Source: an uncultured Deinococcales bacterium
Lineage (GTDB): Bacteria; Deinococcota; Deinococci; Deinococcales; JAAFIG01
Length of the DNA: 23,344 nt
NCBI GenBank assembly: GCA_964247135.1
Contig: CAXTTL010000050.1
Coordinates: 1-23,344 of the forward strand
Direction of reading: 5' to 3'
The position numbers were made by a program, and so were the translations under genes. The notes under the pieces are model-generated. The model did not search any database, was not told the DNA's origin, and saw only the letters and a list, made by a program, of their open reading frames with translations. Shown piece by piece: positions 16,151 through 23,344 of this stretch; positions within the stretch are counted from its first letter, which is position 1; each line of letters begins with the position of its first letter.

Positions 16151-16762
16151 TTACAGTTCGTCTTTGTACTTCGCCAGCAATTCCTCGAGTCCTTCACGGA
16201 GCAAACTGGCTTCGGTGCGTCCGGTGGCGTTTGAAAGTTTTGCCAGTCGCTCGAGTTGGGCTTTTGGGTAGTAGTTGCTTTTTAAGGTCATCTTGTCTTC
16301 GACGTAAATCGCAACGCGTCCGCGTCCTTCACGTTTGGCGCGGTACAAGGCTTCGTCGGCGGCACGAAGCAGGTCGCCGGTGTTTTTGGCGTGGGCGAGT
16401 TTGTTGGCAATCCCAACCGAAATCTGGACTTTGCGTGGCACTTCTTTGCTGGCTTCACGGCTCGAGAAGTGCGTGCGGATTTCCTCGAGCAGAATCAATG
16501 CCCCCTCGGCGCTGGTGTCGGGCAGCACAACCACGTATTCGTCGCCGCCGATGCGGGCAACCAAGGCTTCAGACGGCACGCTGCCGACAAGGGTGCGCTC
16601 GAGGCTGCGGAGCACGGTGTCGCCGCCTTCGTGTCCAAAAGTTTGGTTGATTTCACTGAAGTTGTCGAGGTCGAGCGCGGCGATGCTGAGGGATTCTTTG
16701 GCTTCCAAGACGATGAGGGCGGCTTCGAGTTCGGCGCGGTTGAAAAGCTTGGCGGGTGTCAT
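16151..16762 (-). CDS. GGDEF domain protein with C-terminal ribbon-helix-helix domain
   Basis: DLDNFSEINQTFGHEGGD, ARIGGDEY, ISVGIA, ADEALYRAKREGR, then MTLKSNYYPKAQLERLAKLSNATGRTEASLLREGLEELLAKY. GGAGG SD before ATG 16762 (203 aa). Confidence 0.88.
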   Translation of the reverse strand: MTPAKLFNRAELEAALIVLEAKESLSIAALDLDNFSEINQTFGHEGGDTVLRSLERTLVGSVPSEALVARIGGDEYVVVLPDTSAEGALILLEEIRTHFSSREASKEVPRKVQISVGIANKLAHAKNTGDLLRAADEALYRAKREGRGRVAIYVEDKMTLKSNYYPKAQLERLAKLSNATGRTEASLLREGLEELLAKYKDEL

Positions 16763-16786
16763 GTTTTCCTCCAGGTATGAGATTGA

Positions 16787-16821
16787 GCATATATATACTA
16801 CTTTAAACATATATATGTCAA
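16787..16821 (-). promoter_or_regulatory. Promoter of the GGDEF-RHH gene with twin palindromic operators
   Basis: Minus-strand TTGACA (16816-16821); palindromes ACATATATATGT (16807-16818) and GCATATATATAC (16787-16798), exactly 20 bp apart. Confidence 0.65.
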
Positions 16822-16957
16822 ACGTATCTCGAGTCTCTTGATTGACATGGATCAAAACCAAAAACGATTGTGGTTCTGACCTTTTATTGGCAACCAAAAC
16901 CGCGTAAACTCGAGGTATTGTGATGCAGTTTTCTCAAACCAAGATTTGGATCAAACC

Positions 16958-18451
16958 ATGAGCGTAACCAAACGAGGGCTGTTCGATTTTGGCAAAGCCA
17001 AAACGGCGTCAACCACACTGGACTTGACGGTGCCCCTGCCTGTCAGTTCGCGCGATGTCTTTAGCGATGTTTATTCGGGCAAAGATGCCCTGCGCGACGA
17101 GATGCTTTACGGCAACCGCGACCTGATTCGGACGCTCGAGGCTTTGAGTGTGGCAGGTCCTTACAAAATGACCTCACCCTGGGAAATGACTGACGAGCGC
17201 GGGCATTCAACCATCAACGCCGGCGGTTATGCTGCAATACCTTTTGGCGACAAATACCCGCCAATGCTCGAGTTCTTGCGCGAATACTTAGAACGCGACA
17301 CCAGCATGGGTTTGCCGCAACAATCGGCAGCCACCTGGCGGGCAGCGCTCGAGACGAATCTGGTCAGTTTGCTCTCAAAATTTGCGCCCTCACACGCCGA
17401 CTCGAGGGTATTTTTCAGCAATTCTGGGGCAGAGGCAGTTGAGGCGGCGATCAAATTTGTCAAGGCGGCACGCCCCAAAGCCAAAGAAATCATCAACTTT
17501 AAAGGCGCGTACCACGGTAAAACCTTCGGGGCGCTGGCGTTAACCCCCAATGCCGAATACCAGGATTTGTTCCGCCCACTGATGGGCAACGTCACCACCC
17601 TGCCTTACGGCGACGCTGGAGCGCTTGAAAGCACCGTGCGAAAGCTTGGGGCAGCCAACGTCTGCGCCGTGATTCTCGAGCCAACCCAGGGCGAGGCGGG
17701 CGTGATTTCGCCGCCGAGCGATTTTCTGGCGCGGGTCAATGAACTCTGCAAAAAGCACGGCATTCTGATGGTCGCCGACGAAATTCAAACGGGGCTTGGA
17801 CGCACTGGACACTGGTTTGCCAGTATTGCAGGAGGACTTGAGCCAGACATTATCACGCTCGCAAAACCTTTAGGCGGCGGTATTACGGCGGTTGGCGCGA
17901 CCATTGCACGGTCTTGGATTGTTGGTAAAACCTTGGGTGGTTTCTCGAGCAAACGCCACAGCAACACCTTTGGCGGCAACAGTTTGGCGATGGCAATCGG
18001 TTTAAAAGCACTCGAGTTGCTGGTGGATGAGAACCTGCCCGAACGCAGCCAACGCTTGGGTGCAAAAGGCTTGGAACGCCTCAAAGCCTTGCAACTCAAG
18101 TACCCCAACTTGCTCGAGGCGGTGCGCGGTGCGGGCTTATTGATGGCATTACAATTTCGCACTGTGATTCCACCCCAAATGATTCCAGGACTCGAGGAAT
18201 TGGTGTCCGAACTTTCGGGAGGCTTGGGAATACGGATGCTTTACGAGGGTGGTGTGACCGCCAATTTTTCACTCTCGAGCAAGCGTGTGATTCGTTTGAC
18301 GCCCGCCCTGACCATACCCGACGATGTTTTCGAGCGCATGTTAAACCGAGTCGAGCAAACCGCCGAACGCTACCGCGACGCGAACACCATGTTGCGCCGC
18401 ACGCCAATTGACCGTCTTTACCGCCTCGGCAAAGTCGCGTTCTCCAAGTAA
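16958..18451 (+). CDS. Class III PLP-dependent aminotransferase
   Basis: [56 protein letters not shown] (PLP Lys), [15 protein letters not shown]; start ATG 16958 or TTG 16946. Confidence 0.9.
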   Translation: MSVTKRGLFDFGKAKTASTTLDLTVPLPVSSRDVFSDVYSGKDALRDEMLYGNRDLIRTLEALSVAGPYKMTSPWEMTDERGHSTINAGGYAAIPFGDKYPPMLEFLREYLERDTSMGLPQQSAATWRAALETNLVSLLSKFAPSHADSRVFFSNSGAEAVEAAIKFVKAARPKAKEIINFKGAYHGKTFGALALTPNAEYQDLFRPLMGNVTTLPYGDAGALESTVRKLGAANVCAVILEPTQGEAGVISPPSDFLARVNELCKKHGILMVADEIQTGLGRTGHWFASIAGGLEPDIITLAKPLGGGITAVGATIARSWIVGKTLGGFSSKRHSNTFGGNSLAMAIGLKALELLVDENLPERSQRLGAKGLERLKALQLKYPNLLEAVRGAGLLMALQFRTVIPPQMIPGLEELVSELSGGLGIRMLYEGGVTANFSLSSKRVIRLTPALTIPDDVFERMLNRVEQTAERYRDANTMLRRTPIDRLYRLGKVAFSK

Positions 18452-18463
18452 GACCAGAGTATT

Positions 18464-20809
18464 GTGACCAGCCGACCTTTGCCCCTGCGCTCGAGTGACC
18501 TGATGGTGGGTTTGCTGATTGTGCTTTTTGTGATGCTGCTGGCAGGATTTGGCACGCTGATGCTGCACGTTTTGGGTTTGGGATTGCTCTCCAGCCTCTG
18601 GTTTTTCAGCGTTTTTGGGCTGGGTTTTATGCTTGCCAATACCATAAAACCAAAATCCGAGCCTCGAGCACAAGATTTTAAATTGAGGATTGTTTTTGTC
18701 GTGCTGGCGCTGGTTCAGACCGTGTTGGCTTGGCGGTTAACGCTTCATACTTCAGTGCTCGAGGTTGGGTTGTACTTGCTGATTGCGGGTTTCGCGTTTG
18801 GCTTAACTTGGGCTGCCTTGCCCAAACCAACGCCGGCAAGCAGAAGGATCATGGTCTTGGTCGGGATGTTAGGGCTTTTGATTTTTGGTTTTTTATTTGC
18901 CGCCAGGATCGCCAGCGACTTTGCCCCTCGAGAGGCAAACCTCAAAAAGGCATTAAGCGTTGACGAACGCGCTCAGTTGGAAGTCTTAAAGCTGCAACCG
19001 CAGTTGAGCGGTTTCAACCCTGGCGCACTGAAGCGCCAACTGAAAGCCAACCTCGGTAAGCAACTGACAAATTTTAGTCTGGCACTGAAAAACGACAGCG
19101 CCGCCCAAAAAGCCTTGCTCTCAGACCCTGCCACACCCAGCTACTGGCGCGAGATTCTTGAGCGTGGCGGTTTAAAAGGGGTCATGGAAATTCACTTTTT
19201 AAAACAAAAAATCAATCTCGAGAAAGCCTTCAGGGACGAAGACCCGAACGCCATTCGAGAATTGCTCTCGAGCGGCGAAATACCGGCTTGGGTGCGTTTG
19301 GATTTGGAACGCGGCGGCTTGAAAGATTGGGTGCACCGAAAATTTGACCGCGAGCGTTTGACCATCGAAAACGCCATTCAAAATGCTGATCCAAAAGCCA
19401 TCAAGCTGTTGGTGAAAAACCCGCAAACCCGTCCAGAATTAAGGGCTTTGCTGGAAAAAGGTGGGGTGCGGGTCAGCATTCAAAAGCGCTTAACAAATTT
19501 GCGCCTGTCCCTGAAAAAAGCGATTGAAAGCGGTGAAACTGACGCGGTCGGTCTGGTGTTTGGGCATCCGTTCACGCCCAAAAAGATTCGGGAAATGTTC
19601 AAGGACGGGGCGTTACAACCACAGATCAAGCTCGAGCTTGAAACAAACCAGAATTTAATCATTGCCGCTTTTTTACATTCAGACCCTCAAGCCGTCAAAC
19701 AATTAAAGGCGTTGGGAATTGCCAAAACCAACTTGCCCACAGATTTTACCCTGCCTGTGACCGTTCAAGAATCTCGAACGCAACTGGCAATCAAGCAATT
19801 GCTCGGGCAGGCAGACAATATTCGGGCTGGGTTTCTGACGCGCCGCACCTTGCTGACCCGAGCGATTCAAAATGATGATCAAACGGCGATCAAAACCTTG
19901 TGCCCAGATTGCACGGCGAAAACTCCAGACCATAACTCAACCGCAAGCTCGGGTGCAATCGTAGCCCTTCAAACACCTGTTGCCCAAGAATCCACGGCAA
20001 CCACCAAAACCCTCAAATTGCCCGAATCACTTAAAATCTATTTGCAAAATGGTGGGTTGCGAAGCCCAATCAAAGCAACGTACACCGTGCAATACCAACT
20101 TATTGAAAAAGCCATCCATTCTGGGGACATGACCCAGGTGCTCGCCCTGCTCGAGAATCCCAAACTTCCAAGCGACGTGACTGCCTGGATCACCAAACTG
20201 AATTTGAGCGACATTGCCACGGGCGAGGCTCGAGCGGCACAACTTCAAAAAGCCAAAACCATTCTTGATAAGTTGCAGCAAAGCGAAATCAAAAGTGCTG
20301 TTTTGGCGGCGCTCGAGGTGGTGAAATTGACTTTGACCGCACTTGAGGTCGGTGAACTTGAGGGCATGATCAGCCGGCAGGTGATTGACAACGCCTTAAA
20401 CCAAGCCTTGCCAGCCTTTGATGCTGCCGCCAGCAAAATCCAAACTCGAGCCGTCGATGTTGCCTTGCAGGGCGCGTTGATTGCTTTGACCGTCAACGAA
20501 AAAGCTGCGGGAAATGCAGCCGTGCAAACCTTAATTCGCAGGGCGCAATTTGAGCTTGCCAAGGAAGCCCCGAAGACCGTCAAAACAATTTTTGACGGTA
20601 CGCTCAAAGCCGCTCGAGGTCAAGTCTGGGTCATGCGCCAAAAACTCTTTTCCGTGATTGACGCTTTGGCGCAGGCGCAAAAAGAGACGTTCGTGATGGT
20701 ACTGCGTAAAACGTTTGCGGTTCTGGCATTGATCGCCTTGCTGGGCGCTGGATTGAGCTTTAAAAGCCCACAACCTGAAGTCTTCAATCAGCGCAAGATC
20801 ATCAGGTAA
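18464..20809 (+). CDS. Membrane protein with a large helical repeat domain
   Basis: About 5 N-terminal TM helices, about 600 aa soluble region with 49-aa repeats, one C-terminal TM helix; begins 12 nt after the aminotransferase stop. Confidence 0.8.
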   Translation: MTSRPLPLRSSDLMVGLLIVLFVMLLAGFGTLMLHVLGLGLLSSLWFFSVFGLGFMLANTIKPKSEPRAQDFKLRIVFVVLALVQTVLAWRLTLHTSVLEVGLYLLIAGFAFGLTWAALPKPTPASRRIMVLVGMLGLLIFGFLFAARIASDFAPREANLKKALSVDERAQLEVLKLQPQLSGFNPGALKRQLKANLGKQLTNFSLALKNDSAAQKALLSDPATPSYWREILERGGLKGVMEIHFLKQKINLEKAFRDEDPNAIRELLSSGEIPAWVRLDLERGGLKDWVHRKFDRERLTIENAIQNADPKAIKLLVKNPQTRPELRALLEKGGVRVSIQKRLTNLRLSLKKAIESGETDAVGLVFGHPFTPKKIREMFKDGALQPQIKLELETNQNLIIAAFLHSDPQAVKQLKALGIAKTNLPTDFTLPVTVQESRTQLAIKQLLGQADNIRAGFLTRRTLLTRAIQNDDQTAIKTLCPDCTAKTPDHNSTASSGAIVALQTPVAQESTATTKTLKLPESLKIYLQNGGLRSPIKATYTVQYQLIEKAIHSGDMTQVLALLENPKLPSDVTAWITKLNLSDIATGEARAAQLQKAKTILDKLQQSEIKSAVLAALEVVKLTLTALEVGELEGMISRQVIDNALNQALPAFDAAASKIQTRAVDVALQGALIALTVNEKAAGNAAVQTLIRRAQFELAKEAPKTVKTIFDGTLKAARGQVWVMRQKLFSVIDALAQAQKETFVMVLRKTFAVLALIALLGAGLSFKSPQPEVFNQRKIIR

Positions 20810-22383
20810 AATTTCATTGGACCGCTCGGCAGCACGTCTTGACTGGCGGCGATCCCAACCGATGTGTTGCCCTCGAGTTTTTTCAGGCGCTCAATAAAAT
20901 CGGCGATATCGGCATCGGTCACAATATCGGTCGGAATGTTCTCGAGCGGCACGCCGCGAGCACGCAATTCGCTGCTGACTTCACGGTTGAGGTTTTGCAA
21001 AGCGGTGGTCATGGTTAAGACTGGGCGTTTATCGCCTGAACCGACCGCGATTTCCCTGGACTTGATGGGTTGACCCGTGCTGAACAAGACCGTATTGGGT
21101 TTCACCTCGAGGGTCACTGGGATTTGCGGTTCGCTGACGCGTGGTAGGTTTTTGCTCGAGCGCACCAAAATCAAATCTGGGGCATTGGTTTTGATGGCTT
21201 GCTGCACGAACGTCTCGAGGTCGGCGTTCGGTTTGAGGCTGACCGAACGTCCTTTGGTGCCGCCGCGACCCTCGGCAATTTGGGAGGCGGATTTTAAAAG
21301 GTTTTGCATTCGGGTTCGGGTTTCGTCTATTGATCCGTTTGGAATCACAATCTGCAAGATCAGTTCGCCTTGACGGTACAAGAAATTGCCGCTGGTCGCC
21401 TGAATCAAAGCGTCTTGGGTTTGTTGCAAACTGCGTTTGGTGTCACCCAATTGGGTTTGCAAATCGTTGTTTTGCGTCTCGAGGGTGGCAAGGCTTTGCT
21501 GTAAGTCCAGACGTTGCTGGGTCAGTTCGGTCACGTCGGAGTTCAAGGTTTGACGTTGCGCCGCCAGCGTGCGCACGTCATCCTCGAGCTTGGCGAGCCG
21601 TGCCTTTTGTGGTTCGAGTTGGGCTTTGGCGCTTAAATATCGTTTCTCAAGGTCTATTTTGTCGTTGCGTAAACCCGTGATGGTGTTCTCGAGTGCGGAT
21701 CGTCTGACATCGAGCTTGCTCAAGCTATCGCGCAATTGATTGCGTTGTTCGTTTAAGGCTTTAATTTCAATATCCAAATTTTTGATCTTCGTGTTCGTCT
21801 CGCGCCCCAAAGCCGTAATTTGCGCATTACGTTGCTCGAGTTCAGTGTTTTTTACATCGAGCAATTTGGTTTTGTCTTTGATTTGCTGCCCAAGGTTGAG
21901 ACGTTCAGTCTCGAGGGTCTTGGCTTTTGCGGTGAATGTCGTGATCAAAGCCACTTGTGCCGCCAATTCAGAAGCTTTGCGCTCGAGTTCGGCACGTCCC
22001 GCGTCAAGTTGAGCTTTGCCCGTATTCAATTGTTGCTCGAGTAATTTTTGGGCGGCTTTGGCTTTGCTCAAATCCTCGCGGCTGAGGGCGTATTCTTCTT
22101 CGACCGAAGCCAGTTTCCGCTTGGCATTTTGGTATTCTTGATTGATTTCGTTGGCACGAAAAGCGTTGTTCACGGTGCTTTGTGCCAGCAAGCCCACCGC
22201 GCCGACGGTGACCAAAGCGACCAGCACGCCCGAACCCACCGCCACGACCAAACCCGTGGTTTTGGGGCGCAAGCCAAACAAACGCATGTGTTTGCGTCCG
22301 ACTTTGCGCCCGACAACATCACCCAGATAGGCGATCAAACCGCCTAAGAAAGCAACGCTGAGCAAGACCAAAATCCAGAACAC
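20788..22383 (-). CDS. DUF3084 domain coiled-coil membrane protein
   Basis: GGLIAYLGDVVGRKVGRKHMRLFGLRPKTT signature followed by a long coiled coil; downstream of lptB; AAGGGGG SD before GTG. Confidence 0.85.
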   Translation of the reverse strand: MFWILVLLSVAFLGGLIAYLGDVVGRKVGRKHMRLFGLRPKTTGLVVAVGSGVLVALVTVGAVGLLAQSTVNNAFRANEINQEYQNAKRKLASVEEEYALSREDLSKAKAAQKLLEQQLNTGKAQLDAGRAELERKASELAAQVALITTFTAKAKTLETERLNLGQQIKDKTKLLDVKNTELEQRNAQITALGRETNTKIKNLDIEIKALNEQRNQLRDSLSKLDVRRSALENTITGLRNDKIDLEKRYLSAKAQLEPQKARLAKLEDDVRTLAAQRQTLNSDVTELTQQRLDLQQSLATLETQNNDLQTQLGDTKRSLQQTQDALIQATSGNFLYRQGELILQIVIPNGSIDETRTRMQNLLKSASQIAEGRGGTKGRSVSLKPNADLETFVQQAIKTNAPDLILVRSSKNLPRVSEPQIPVTLEVKPNTVLFSTGQPIKSREIAVGSGDKRPVLTMTTALQNLNREVSSELRARGVPLENIPTDIVTDADIADFIERLKKLEGNTSVGIAASQDVLPSGPMKFYLMILR

Positions 22384-22402
22384 GACTCACCCCCTTAAAC
22401 AC

Positions 22403-23194
22403 TTACAGCTCGAATTCGTCACCCAGGTAATAATCTCTCGCCCCAGAATCTTTGCTGAAGGCTTCTGGCGTACCCTGAAAGACCACTTTACCGTCATACA
22501 TCAAATAAACGCGGTCAGTTAAGGCAACGGTTTCACGCACGGCATGATCGGTGATAAAAACACCCAACCCGCGCCGTTCGCGCAAGTCACGAATCAGGCG
22601 CTGAATCTCGCGCACGCTTTTGGGGTCAACGCCGGTAAACGGCTCGTCGAGCAAAATAAAATCTGGGTTGGTGGTCAAACTTCTGGCAATCTCGAGCCGA
22701 CGACGCTCGCCGCCCGAAAGCGTAAAGGCTTGCTTGTTCGCCAAATGCGAGAGGCTGAATTCCTCGAGCAATTCGGCGGCTTTTTGTTGGCGTTGCGCGT
22801 CTGAAAGCGGTTGAAACTCGAGAATCGCCAGCAAGTTGTCTTTGGCGGTCATGCGCCTGAAGGCGCTGGCTTCTTGCGGCAAGTAACCCAAACCCATGCG
22901 GGCGCGTTCGTGCATGGGAAGGCGCGTGATTTCGGTGCCTGAGAGGTGAATCGTGCCAGAGTTGGGTTTGACGAAACCCACCATCATGTAAAAGGTGGTG
23001 GTTTTACCCGCGCCGTTGGGTCCAAAGAGCGCCACAATCTCGCCGCGTTTCAGCTCCAAATCGACGCCCTGCACAACTTCGCGCTTGCCGTAACGTTTGT
23101 GAAGCCCTCGAGCCACCAACCTGGGAATTTGGCTTGATCCGGTAATTGAAATTGAAGGTTGAGGTGAGGGAGTTTGAAAGTTTGGGGCGGTCAC
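22403..23194 (-). CDS. lptB: LptB-family ABC transporter ATP-binding protein
   Basis: [56 protein letters not shown]. Confidence 0.92.
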   Translation of the reverse strand: MTAPNFQTPSPQPSISITGSSQIPRLVARGLHKRYGKREVVQGVDLELKRGEIVALFGPNGAGKTTTFYMMVGFVKPNSGTIHLSGTEITRLPMHERARMGLGYLPQEASAFRRMTAKDNLLAILEFQPLSDAQRQQKAAELLEEFSLSHLANKQAFTLSGGERRRLEIARSLTTNPDFILLDEPFTGVDPKSVREIQRLIRDLRERRGLGVFITDHAVRETVALTDRVYLMYDGKVVFQGTPEAFSKDSGARDYYLGDEFEL

Positions 23195-23200
23195 CGCTTC

Positions 23201-23206
23201 ATTCTA
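23201..23206 (-). promoter_or_regulatory. -10 box of a leaderless lptB transcript
   Basis: TAGAAT 6 nt upstream of GTG 23194; no SD. Confidence 0.6.
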
Positions 23207-23344
23207 ACGCAAATCTTGATTTTTGCGTGAGGAACGAATTCGATCAGATTTTTCTCATTTGAGCGATACGCGATATGTGGTGCGCCAACCACTCTAGAAT
23301 CAATAGCTTGTATGTCCCGAGATTGCCAAGGAAGCCCATGTTAC

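Larger units (their letters stand above)
63..23112. repeat. Highly iterated palindrome CTCGAG dispersed through the whole window
   Basis: About 165 exact copies by hand count (about 1 per 140 bp) versus about 6 expected for a random hexamer in 23.3 kb; found in CDS and intergenic DNA. Confidence 0.95.

Noticed and set aside
16763-16897. 45-aa N-terminal extension of the GGDEF ORF
   Set aside because: It runs through the promoter/operators; the GGAGG SD supports ATG 16762.
63-23112. CTCGAG repeats or REPs as a CRISPR array or cloning-linker artefact
   Set aside because: No constant-length spacers and no cas genes; the motifs sit in frame within intact conserved genes, so they are not ligation scars.
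23207-23344. Possible start of a plus-strand gene at the window end
   Set aside because: Too little sequence to choose between the ATGs or assign a product.

Overview
Bacterial chromosomal region of moderate GC, most consistent with Deinococcota. This is inferred from the many leaderless-type genes (TAnnnT 5-6 nt before the start codon), the DUF3084-lptB pair and the overall gene content. Housekeeping genes: sdhCDAB, argF-argC under an ARG-box promoter, speD, lptB plus DUF3084. Also present: an orphan sugar-binding protein, a CRTAC1/ASPIC-UnbV protein, ROK plus a CoxE-type VWA protein, a PadR pair, a Nudix hydrolase and a class III aminotransferase. Most notable observations: (1) the palindrome CTCGAG occurs about 165 times by hand count (about 6 expected), in all three reading frames and inside a terminator and promoters, resembling a HIP/uptake-type iterated motif; (2) a stand-alone GGDEF-ribbon-helix-helix fusion has two (AT)n palindromes 20 bp apart over its own promoter; (3) a Cys/Met-family PLP-enzyme homolog lacks the Schiff-base lysine; (4) a 781-aa membrane protein carries exact 49-aa tandem repeats; (5) there are several GTAG-type REP elements, one nested and one translated. 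No rRNA, tRNA, CRISPR array or transposase was recognised.
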